Assembly (NCBI GenBank): GCA_963815195.1
Contig: CAWFGE010000012.1
Coordinates: forward strand, 576,001-640,000
From: an uncultured Planctomycetaceae bacterium
GTDB lineage: Bacteria; Planctomycetota; Planctomycetia; Planctomycetales; Planctomycetaceae
Reading direction: 5' to 3'
DNA: 64,000 bases
The translations under genes and the position numbers were made by a program. Shown here piece by piece: positions 1 through 7,893 of this stretch. The notes beneath the pieces are model-generated. The model was given only the letters and a program-made list of their open reading frames with translations. It ran no database searches and was not told where the DNA came from. Every line of letters starts with the position of its first letter. The stretch's first letter is position 1.

Positions 1-93
1 GCGATGCTATTTACAGGCGGCCACTGATCGTCGTCTGCATCGCGTGAATCGTACCACGACCATTCCATCCTTTTTGACTCAAGCGTGAGAACT

Positions 94-462
94 ATGAACA
101 CCACGACAGAAATCTGCCCTGAAACGACGGTCGCTGCGCGGATCGCGGGTGAGGACATCGCCTGCGGTGACTTTGTCAGCGTCCTCAACGAGGTCATCGA
201 GTTGCCTTCGTTCCTATGGAACGGCTCTGCGGTTTCGCTCACAGCGGAAGAACCCGTTCGCATCCGTTACGCGGCGAGCGACGCCGGCCAGCCTTACCAG
301 GTGATCGGCATTTGCCTGCCCTTCGTCTATGCCAAGACGCCGGGCGGGTCTGTTGCGACCATCGACACGCGCCAGCGCCAGTTGGTGCGACTCGACGAAA
401 ACTGCGCCCGCAGGGTTTGGCAAGAACTGACGAAACCGCGTTCCGAGAAGAAGCGAAAATAG
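94..462 (+). CDS. Hypothetical protein (~122 aa) directly upstream of the Y-RNA-like array and rsr
   Basis: ORF 85..462 with ATG at 94; protein-like composition; its stop is 12 nt before RNA unit 1; no recognised motif. Confidence 0.65.
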   Translation: MNTTTEICPETTVAARIAGEDIACGDFVSVLNEVIELPSFLWNGSAVSLTAEEPVRIRYAASDAGQPYQVIGICLPFVYAKTPGGSVATIDTRQRQLVRLDENCARRVWQELTKPRSEKKRK

Positions 463-474
463 ATTTTGAAAACA

Positions 475-620
475 CCCGACTGCTTGCTGGAGTCCATAAA
501 ACTGTTGTTTTCGAAAACGAAGACCGTGGGTTCGAATCCCACCAAACACTTTCCATCGAAAGTTGTTTGTGGCGGAGCGGCCAAACGCGACAGAAAACCT
601 CTGACATACTCTTCGTCGGG
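475..620 (+). ncRNA. Y RNA-like unit 1 (YrlA-type circularly permuted tRNA mimic)
   Basis: Closing stem CCCGAC(475-480)/GTCGGG(615-620); CTGT(502-505)/ACAG(590-593) stem; variable-arm hairpin 506-519; T arm GTGGG-TTCGAAT-CCCAC (526-542); loop-closed acceptor-like stem 543-569; D arm TG-GCG-GAGCGGCCAAA-CGC (570-588); lies upstream of a Ro60 gene. Confidence 0.85.
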
Positions 621-637
621 ATTTTGAAACGAAAACC

Positions 638-759
638 CACTCGACTGCCGGTGTGGAGTACATGGCAAAGGATCGAAAGATCTAGCGGGTTCAAATCCCG
701 CCCCGTCCGCTCCAAGAAAACGAACGGACGGGTTCTCTGTCCCAAAACTTCGTCGAGTG
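638..759 (+). ncRNA. Y RNA-like unit 2 (T arm plus closed acceptor stem, no D arm)
   Basis: CACTCGAC(638-645)/GTCGAGTG(752-759); GGAGT(655-659)/ACTTC(747-751); GATC-GAAA-GATC hairpin 671-682; T arm GCGGG-TTCAAAT-CCCGC (685-701); CCCGTCCG(702-709)/CGGACGGG(725-732); T run follows. Confidence 0.8.
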
Positions 760-774
760 TTTTTTTAAGAAAAC

Positions 775-832
775 GATCCGACTGCCGGTGTGGAGTCGGA
801 TCATTCCCTTCGTCGAGTTCGTGCTCGACTGC
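775..832 (+). promoter_or_regulatory. Minimal third Y-like unit or structured leader of rsr
   Basis: CGACTGCCGGTGTGGAGT (779-796) is identical to unit 2 (642-659); CTTCGTCGA at 808-816; hairpins GATCCGAC/GTCGGATC and GTCGAG/CTCGAC; ends ~10 nt before the AAGGAAAG RBS. Confidence 0.55.
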
Positions 833-852
833 ATTTAAGAAAGGAAAGAAAG

Positions 853-2463
853 ATGGCCAACAAGACTTTGTTTTCCAGCAGCAAGAATTCTCTGCCGCGG
901 ACGGATACCTATAACGAGGCCGGAGGCCAGGCTTACCAGTTTTCGCCGAAGCATGCGCTGGCGCAGATGGCGGCGACCGGCTGCTTCAATGGGGTTTTCT
1001 ACGCGAGCGCCAAGAGCCAACTGGATGAGACGCGGAAGCTGATCGACCAGGTGGATGACAACGTCTTCCTGGCGAAGCTGGCGGTTTACGCGCGTGAGCG
1101 AGCCTACATGAAGGACATGCCGGCGGCGCTGTTGGTCGTTCTGTCCAAGCGGGACACCGAACTGTTGCACCGCGTGTTCGATCGGGTGGTGGACAACGGC
1201 CGCGTGCTGCGAACCATGTTTCAGATGATCCGTTCGGGACAGTTCGGCCGCACCAGCCTGTCGTCCAGTTTGCAGCGGGCGTTCCAGCGGTGGTTGAACG
1301 AGGCGTCGGTCGGGAAGCTCTTGTCGGCTTCGATCGGAAACGATCCGAGTCTGCGGGACGTGCTGCGGATGGCTCGACCAACGCCGAAAGATAACGAACG
1401 GCGTGCGCTGTTCGGTTGGCTGACGGACAAGGAGACCGAGAAGTGGGCTCCCGCCACCCAAGCCGACCTGCCGGCGCAGGTCCAGTCGCTGATCGCGTAC
1501 CGCCAGGCGGAAACCGCCGAGATGCAGGCGCTCATCCTGGGCGATCTGTCGGTGCGTTGGGATCTCTTGGCGGATGCGGCCAAGGGTCCGCTGGTCTGGA
1601 AGGGCATCGCCCGCCAGATGGGACCGCAGGCCCTGCGGATGAACCTCAACACGCTTCTGCGTCACGAGGTTCTGAAGGATGCCGAGATGGTGGATTACGT
1701 GGCCAGCCGCCTGGCGGATGCGAATGAAATCCATCGCTCGCGGCAGTTTCCGTACCAGTTCCTGGCGGCATACCTGAACGCCTCGGCTGAGGTTCCGCAA
1801 AAGATCAAGGCCGCTTTGCATCAGGCGGCTGAGATTGCTTGCGGCAACGTGCCAGAATTGCCGGGTCCGGTCGTCATCGGTCTGGACACGTCCGGTTCGA
1901 TGTCCATGCCGGCCACGGGTTGGCGGGGCCGCGGTGCGACCAGCAAGATGCGGTGCGTCGATGTGGCGGCTTTGTTCGCCGCGGCGATTCTCCGCCGCAA
2001 CCCAGACAGCGTGATCGTTCCATTCGACACGCAAGCGTACGACGTCCGCATCGATCCGGCCGACTCGATCCTGAGCCTGTCGGAGCGGCTGGCGAAGTAC
2101 GGCGGCGGGGGAACGGACTGTTCGATTCCCCTCCGCACGGCCAACACAAAGTTCAATAGGCAAGCGTTTGCGGGCTGCGTGCTGGTCAGCGACAACGAGA
2201 GTTGGGTCGGCACGGGCCGCTACGGCTCGACCGGCGTGATGACCGAGTGGCAGACGTTCGTCAAGAACCAGACGCTCTTGGGCATCGCCGATCCAAAGCT
2301 GGTTTGCATCGACATCCAGCCCTATGGTTCGACGCAGGCTCCCGAGCGAGACAACATCCTGAACATCGGCGGCTTCAGTGACGCGGTGTTCCACGTCGTC
2401 GCCTCGTACCTCGCAGGCGACGCCGCCCGGTTCGTCGCCGAGGTGGAGTCGATCGAGCTGTAA
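853..2463 (+). CDS. rsr: Ro60/Rsr RNA-binding protein (TROVE domain plus vWA domain)
   Basis: N-terminal NEAGGx[22 protein letters not shown]; vWA MIDAS motif DTSGSM, GGGTDCS, VSDNESW, IGGFSD; ATG at 853 after purine-rich RBS. Confidence 0.93.
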   Translation: MANKTLFSSSKNSLPRTDTYNEAGGQAYQFSPKHALAQMAATGCFNGVFYASAKSQLDETRKLIDQVDDNVFLAKLAVYARERAYMKDMPAALLVVLSKRDTELLHRVFDRVVDNGRVLRTMFQMIRSGQFGRTSLSSSLQRAFQRWLNEASVGKLLSASIGNDPSLRDVLRMARPTPKDNERRALFGWLTDKETEKWAPATQADLPAQVQSLIAYRQAETAEMQALILGDLSVRWDLLADAAKGPLVWKGIARQMGPQALRMNLNTLLRHEVLKDAEMVDYVASRLADANEIHRSRQFPYQFLAAYLNASAEVPQKIKAALHQAAEIACGNVPELPGPVVIGLDTSGSMSMPATGWRGRGATSKMRCVDVAALFAAAILRRNPDSVIVPFDTQAYDVRIDPADSILSLSERLAKYGGGGTDCSIPLRTANTKFNRQAFAGCVLVSDNESWVGTGRYGSTGVMTEWQTFVKNQTLLGIADPKLVCIDIQPYGSTQAPERDNILNIGGFSDAVFHVVASYLAGDAARFVAEVESIEL

Positions 2464-2479
2464 TGGCTCTGTTGAATGG

Positions 2480-2520
2480 AAACGCCCCTGGTCTGAGCGA
2501 TCGGACCCGGGGCGTTTTTC
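2480..2520 (+). terminator. Intrinsic terminator after rsr
   Basis: AAACGCCCC...GGGGCGTTT stem with internal GGTC/GACC pairing, followed by a T run. Confidence 0.75.
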
Positions 2521-2592
2521 GTTCTGACAAGGAGTAAAAGGCCTTTTTTGACGGCCCTGGCGATTATTTCCAAAAATATTTCAGATATATTA

Positions 2593-2619
2593 TTGACATG
2601 ACAATAGATTATATGTCAA
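2593..2619. promoter_or_regulatory. Candidate promoter/operator of the MarR gene
   Basis: TTGACAT-N13-ATGTCAA inverted repeat including a consensus -35 TTGACA in an AT-rich tract. Confidence 0.5.
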
Positions 2620-2648
2620 GTTATTGCGAAGGAGGTGACTCAGAACCC

Positions 2649-3131
2649 ATGGCGCGCAGCAGACTTCAAGATGAGCTGAAAAAGAAACGATCGTTCGATT
2701 CGCTGGAGCAGCCGGCGATTTTGAACATCCTGCGGACGAGCGATCAGTTTCAGAATCGTTTCGGGCGATTGTTTCGGGAATACGGTCTGACCTCATCCCA
2801 GTACAACGTGCTGCGAATCCTCCGGGGCGAAGGCCGGCCGATGCCTTGCCTGGAAATTGCCGAGCGGATGATACAAGTGGTTCCGGCCATGACGGGGCTC
2901 TTGGATCGGTTGGAGAAGCAGGGACTCGTGTCGCGGGAACGCTGCACGGAAGACCGCCGCGTGGTTTACGTGGACCTGACAAAGAAGGCGAAGGAATTGC
3001 TCAAGGAGATGGACGCTCCCGTGAGCGAACTCCACCACGAACTTGTCGGCCATCTCACGCGGGCGGAACTGAAAGAACTCAGCCGCCTGTTGGAAAAGGC
3101 GCGAACGGCTCTTGATGAAAGCCAAGGTTGA
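2649..3131 (+). CDS. MarR-family transcriptional regulator
   Basis: GLTSSQYNVLRIL, LLDRLEKQGLVSR, DRRVVYVDLT wHTH signature; GGAGG RBS at 2631. Confidence 0.92.
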   Translation: MARSRLQDELKKKRSFDSLEQPAILNILRTSDQFQNRFGRLFREYGLTSSQYNVLRILRGEGRPMPCLEIAERMIQVVPAMTGLLDRLEKQGLVSRERCTEDRRVVYVDLTKKAKELLKEMDAPVSELHHELVGHLTRAELKELSRLLEKARTALDESQG

Positions 3132-3144
3132 TCTTTTTTTGGCC

Positions 3145-3163
3145 GTTTACATTATATGTAAAC
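3145..3163. promoter_or_regulatory. Palindromic operator upstream of the SDR gene (probable MarR site)
   Basis: Perfect GTTTACAT-TAT-ATGTAAAC; resembles TAGATTATATGTCAA upstream of the MarR gene. Confidence 0.6.
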
Positions 3164-3199
3164 TGACTATATAAAATCTAATTAAAGAAAGGCGAAACG

Positions 3200-3955
3200 A
3201 TGAGCTTAAGGGGAAAAGTGGCTTTGGTGACAGGCGGAACGTCCGGCATTGGCAAGGAAACGGCACTTGAGCTTGCAAAGGCGGGGGCAAAGGTTGTCCT
3301 GGCGGGCCGCCGGGCGGAGGAGGGGAATGCCGTGGCGGCCGAGATCGCCTCGGCGGGCGGGGAGGCGATTTTCGTCGAAACCGACGTGACGAAAGAGGAT
3401 CAGGTCCGGCGCCTGGTGGAGGAAGCCGTCCGGCATTTTGGCCGTTTGGACATTGCCTTCAACAATGCCGGGGTCGAACAGACCGGACCGATCGCGGAGT
3501 TTACCGAACAGGACTACCGCAGGGTGTTTGACATCAACGTCCTCGGCGTGTTCCTCAGCTTGAAATACGAGATTCCCGCCATGCTCCAAACCGGGGGCGG
3601 CTCGATCATCAATACGTCGAGCATCCTCGGCCGCGTCGCCGTCCCGGGGGCCGGCATCTACAACGCCTCGAAGCACGCCGTGGAAGGCATCACCAAGACG
3701 GCCGCCCTCGAACTGGCGGGGCAAGGCATTCGGGTCAATGCCGTCGCTCCCGGTGCCGTCGCCACGGATATGATCGATCGTTTCGCCGGTGAAGAGGGCA
3801 GCGAACATCGGGAACAGCTCGCTTCGCAGCATCCGATGGGACGGCTCGGACATTCCCGGGAAATCGCCGCGGCCGTGCTCTATTTGGCGTCGGATGCCGC
3901 GTCGTTCACGACGGGGATGTCGCTGCCCGTCGATGGCGGGTACCTGGCGAAATAA
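3200..3955 (+). CDS. Short-chain dehydrogenase/reductase
   Basis: TGGTSGIG, NNAG, YNASK (YxxxK), VDGG. Confidence 0.95.
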   Translation: MSLRGKVALVTGGTSGIGKETALELAKAGAKVVLAGRRAEEGNAVAAEIASAGGEAIFVETDVTKEDQVRRLVEEAVRHFGRLDIAFNNAGVEQTGPIAEFTEQDYRRVFDINVLGVFLSLKYEIPAMLQTGGGSIINTSSILGRVAVPGAGIYNASKHAVEGITKTAALELAGQGIRVNAVAPGAVATDMIDRFAGEEGSEHREQLASQHPMGRLGHSREIAAAVLYLASDAASFTTGMSLPVDGGYLAK

Positions 3956-3988
3956 TCACACACAACAAACCGATTTCGAGGTGATGAC

Positions 3989-4687
3989 ATGATTCAAGTT
4001 CGCAAAGCGCACGAGCGCGGCCATGCCGACCACGGCTGGCTCGAGACGTACCACACATTTTCATTTTCAACCTACCACGACCCGAACCACATGCGGTTTC
4101 GGTCGCTACGGGTGATGAACGAGGACTTTGTCGCCCCGGGGCAAGGCTTCGGGACGCATCCCCATCATGACATGGAGATCGTCACGTACGTGCTCGAAGG
4201 GGCGCTCGAACACAAGGACTCGATGGGCCACGGCGAAGTCCTGCGGCCCGGAGAGTTTCAGCGAATGTCCGCGGGAACCGGAATCACGCACAGCGAATTC
4301 AACCCTTCCCCCACCGAGCCGGTTCATCTCTACCAGATTTGGCTGTTTCCCGAACGCAAAGGGATCGAGCCCAGTTACGAGCAGAAGCGATTTCCCGAGG
4401 AACAGCGGCACAATCGGCTGCAGCTGGTGGCTTCTCGGGAGGGAGTTGACGGCTCATTGCTCATCCACCAGGATGCCCGCATCTATTTGTCGAGCCTTGA
4501 TGAAGGCCGGGCCGTTTCCCACGAACTTTCGCCGGGCCGGCACGCGTGGCTGCAAGTGCTCCGAGGCGATGTTTCCCTCAATGGCCTCGAACTTATGACA
4601 GGCGACGCCGCCGGCGTCAGCGGCGAAAGCACGCTGGAGATCCTGGCGAACCGGCCGGCCGAGATCATGCTCTTCGATCTGAATTAG
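3989..4687 (+). CDS. Pirin-family protein (YhhW/quercetin 2,3-dioxygenase-like)
   Basis: HGWL..HTFSF, GFGTHPHHDMEI, MSAGTGITHSE, QIW. Confidence 0.93.
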   Translation: MIQVRKAHERGHADHGWLETYHTFSFSTYHDPNHMRFRSLRVMNEDFVAPGQGFGTHPHHDMEIVTYVLEGALEHKDSMGHGEVLRPGEFQRMSAGTGITHSEFNPSPTEPVHLYQIWLFPERKGIEPSYEQKRFPEEQRHNRLQLVASREGVDGSLLIHQDARIYLSSLDEGRAVSHELSPGRHAWLQVLRGDVSLNGLELMTGDAAGVSGESTLEILANRPAEIMLFDLN

Positions 4688-4922
4688 ACCCGGGTCTTGC
4701 GGTTTTTCGTGTGCATGATTCTATTCCTTCTGCACAATCTCCGAAGGGGAGGTAAGATCCGTGGTTGATCATCACACAAAAAGATCATCAGCGTCCGCCC
4801 CCGATTCGCCGGAAGACCCCCTTTTCTCATGTTGTCACCTATCCAGGGGATCGCTATGATGCGAAACGGGGACGGAATCTGTTTCGATCAACGGCAGTCG
4901 TAAAGGAGGCACGTCAGTTCCT

Positions 4923-5405
4923 ATGCGAATCGGATTGGGACACGATGTGCACCGGCTGGTCGAGGGCCGCACGCTGGTTTTGGGCGGCGTGGCGATTGAA
5001 TACCACCTGGGGCCCGACGGACACAGCGATGGCGATGTGCTTTTGCATGCCCTGACCGATGCCGTGTTGGGAGCCGCCGGCCTGGGCGACATCGGCACGT
5101 GGTTCCCGGACACCGACCCGAAGTGGAAAGATGCCGATTCCGCGCAGTTTCTCGAAGCCGCGGTCGCGCTGGTTCGCGAACGGGGCTGGAGAATTGGCAA
5201 TGTCGATTGCACAATTTTCGCCGAACAGCCGAAACTGAAAGAAGATAAACCCAGAATTCGCGGCCGGGTGGCGGAGATTCTGGGCATAAGCGCGGACGCG
5301 GTGAACATCAAAGCCAAGACCGGCGAGAAGGTCGGCCCCATCGGCCGCGGAGAAGCCATCGCCGCCGACGCCGTGGTTTTGTTGTTGCCTATGACATCAG
5401 AGTGA
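4923..5405 (+). CDS. ispF: 2-C-methyl-D-erythritol 2,4-cyclodiphosphate synthase
   Basis: MRIGLGHDVH, GHSDGDVLLHA, GDIG, NIKAKTGEK. Confidence 0.96.
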   Translation: MRIGLGHDVHRLVEGRTLVLGGVAIEYHLGPDGHSDGDVLLHALTDAVLGAAGLGDIGTWFPDTDPKWKDADSAQFLEAAVALVRERGWRIGNVDCTIFAEQPKLKEDKPRIRGRVAEILGISADAVNIKAKTGEKVGPIGRGEAIAADAVVLLLPMTSE

Positions 5406-5410
5406 TTCGA

Positions 5411-5528
5411 AAGTCGCCGATCGCTCCGCGATCGTAGCGCGGACGTGAGTAAAGGTGCAATTTCAATAGTTGATTCGATAGGGTATCGAACTGTCGAAAC
5501 GCTACGTTCGCGGAGCGAACGGCGACTT
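5411..5528. repeat. REP-like inverted repeat
   Basis: AAGTCGCCGATCGCTCCGCGATCGTAGCG (5411-5439) and near-perfect complement at 5500-5528 (2 mismatches). Confidence 0.8.
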
Positions 5529-5579
5529 ACCTTGCCGCAGACAAAACCATCACCAACACGAGACGGATTTCTCACCACA

Positions 5580-7137
5580 ATGACACTTCGCGTTTACAAC
5601 ACGTTGACTCGCCAGAAGGAAGATTTTCAGACCGTCCAGCCGGGCAAGGTTACGATGTATCTGTGCGGGCCGACGGTGTATAAGCCCGCCCACATCGGGC
5701 ATCTGGTGGGGCCGGTGATTTTCGATACGATCAAACGTTATCTCACCTACAACGGCTATCAGGTGACGTGGGTCATCAACATCACCGATGTGGACGATAA
5801 ACTCATTGCCGGGGCGAAAAAAAACGGCACCACCGTGGAAGCCCTCGCCAAGCAAATGACCGACGACTACTTCGACAACCTGGGGACAATGGGCGTCGAC
5901 ACCGTCGATCATTTCCCCTACGCCACGGCGCACATCGGCGACATGCTGGAGATGATTGGCTCGTTAGTCGAACAGGGCTATGCCTACCCGCTCGATGGCG
6001 ACGTGTATTTTGAAGTCTCCAAGGATGAGGACTACGGCAAGCTCAGCCGGCGGAACATCGAGGAAATGCTCGCCGGCACGCGGGCCGAGACCAACGAGAA
6101 AAAACGCAATCCCGCCGACTTCGCCCTCTGGAAAAAATCGAAGCCCGGCGAACCGGCGTGGAACAGCCCCTGGGGACCGGGCCGGCCCGGTTGGCATATC
6201 GAATGCTCCGCCATGAGCCAAAAACTCCTGGGCGAATCCATCGACATTCACGGCGGCGGGTTGGATTTGATGTTCCCCCACCACGAGAACGAACTTGCCC
6301 AGTCCGAATGCTGCTCCGGCAAGCCCTTCGCCCGGTATTGGATGCACAACGGCCTGATGCAAGCCGGCAGCCAATCCGGAAAACTCGGCGGCCAGCACAG
6401 CCGCGCAGGCGATAAGATTCCCGACCAGGCCGCGCAAGAAGCGGGCAAGCTCGCCGGTTCCGCGGGGGCGGAGTCGGTCAAGACGGCGGTGTTCGCGAAA
6501 CATCACCCCGAAACCGTGCGGTTCTTTTTGCTCTCGACCCATTACCGCAGCCCGATCGACTTCAGCGATGAAAACATCGCAGGCACCGGCAAGAGCCTCG
6601 AAGGGTTTTACCGGCTGTTTGGAACTTTCGGACGCATCACCGGACAGGTTTTTTATGCCCTCAAAGCTCCAGAGGTTCGAAGCGATTCGAAACCGATCGC
6701 GGGGAACGATGCGGAGTTCGCGGAGGAGATGAACCATCTCCACGCCCGGTTTTTGGAAGCGATGGATGACGACTTCAACACCGGCGGGGCCGTGGGCAAT
6801 TTGTTCGAGATGCGAAAGGCCTTAAACGGTTACATCGCCCGGCACAACCTGGAAACGGGCAAAACCCAGCCGGCCGACGTGGAAACGCTGACGGCCGGGA
6901 TGACGATGCTCAAGGAACTGGCGAACCTGTTGGGCGTGTTCCGCAAACCGATCGAGAAATCGGCCGGCGGGGACGATGAGTTCGTGGGCGGCTTGATGCA
7001 GCTCATCATCCGCCTCAGGGCGGATGCGCAAAACCAAGAACTGGGACATGGCCGACAAAATCCGCGACGGCCTCGCCGCCCTCAAAGTCACCTTGGAAGA
7101 CCGCCCCGAAGAAACGGTTTGGCGGCGAGACGGATAG
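5580..7137 (+). CDS. cysS: Cysteine--tRNA ligase (frameshift near 7027, probably a sequence error)
   Basis: [54 protein letters not shown]-terminus [15 protein letters not shown]...WRRDG continues in another frame to TAG 7137. Confidence 0.95.
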
Positions 7138-7141
7138 AAGA

Positions 7142-7320
7142 AAATCCGAAATCCGAATCTCGAAATCCGAAATAAATCCGAATGTTCGAAATTCGAAATT
7201 CCAATCTCAAAACGGAGGGTGACGTTCACGAAACAAAAATCGGCCTCGCTGCAAGGTTTGAGACATTGGAGTTTGAGATTTTGAATTTGTTTCGGATTTC
7301 GATATTCGAGATTCGAATTT
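7142..7320. repeat. Inverted arms built of degenerate heptamers (AAATCCG/CGAAAT type)
   Basis: Left arm AAATCCGAAATCCGAATCTCGAAATCCGAAATAAATCC..., right arm ...GAATTTGTTTCGGATTTCGATATTCGAGATTCGAATTT; a related left arm is at 62071-62106. Confidence 0.75.
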
Positions 7321-7359
7321 GAACCCAAAACGTGTTCAATCATCTGAGGGCGGAAATCG

Positions 7360-7893
7360 ATGGCATTTGCAGAGCCGATGAGCCAAAAGACGCCCGCCCG
7401 ACCGGTGGATCGCTACCTGGGCGTCGATCCCGGTTTGAACCGCACGGGGTATGCCTTGATCGAACGCACGCCCGGTGGTCCCGTTTTGCGGGAAGGCGGC
7501 ATCGTGCGGTCTTCGCGGTCCGATTCGCTCGCCCAGCGGGTTCTGGAAATCGGCCGCGGCGTCCGGGAGATGATCGAAGAATACCGCCCGCAACTCATGG
7601 CGGTCGAGCAGGTGTTTTCCTACGGCCGAAATCCGAAGACGGCGCTTTTGATGGCGCACGCCCGCGGTGCGATTTTGTTGGTGGCCGCCGAAAAGCAGAT
7701 TCCAGTGCTCCATTACACGCCCACGCACGTCAAGAAGCTCCTCACGGGCAACGGGCGGGCTTCCAAAGAGCAGATTCAATACGCGATCAAAAGCGAATTG
7801 GGTTTGGCGGAGATTCTCGAACCCAACGACGTGGCCGACGCGTCTGCGGTCGCCTTGTGTCTGTATCACAGCATCCGCCACGCCGTGACTTAA
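7360..7893 (+). CDS. ruvC: Holliday junction resolvase RuvC
   Basis: LGVDPG..TGY, AVEQVF, AHARG, VKK..TGNGRASKEQ, DVADASAVA. Confidence 0.95.
   Translation: MAFAEPMSQKTPARPVDRYLGVDPGLNRTGYALIERTPGGPVLREGGIVRSSRSDSLAQRVLEIGRGVREMIEEYRPQLMAVEQVFSYGRNPKTALLMAHARGAILLVAAEKQIPVLHYTPTHVKKLLTGNGRASKEQIQYAIKSELGLAEILEPNDVADASAVALCLYHSIRHAVT

Noticed and set aside
526..701. Canonical tRNA genes suggested by two GGTTCRAATCCC T arms
   Set aside because: No D arm or anticodon loop precedes the T arms; the arm order is permuted and the acceptor stem is closed by a loop, which fits Y-RNA-like mimics
477..816. CRISPR array from the repeated CGACTGCCGGTGTGGAGT motif
   Set aside because: Only 2-3 short copies with long structured intervening sequence, and no cas genes in the window
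4688..4922. ORF 4765..5055 or an RNA element between pirin and ispF
   Set aside because: The ORF overlaps ispF out of frame and has no motif; no convincing conserved structure seen
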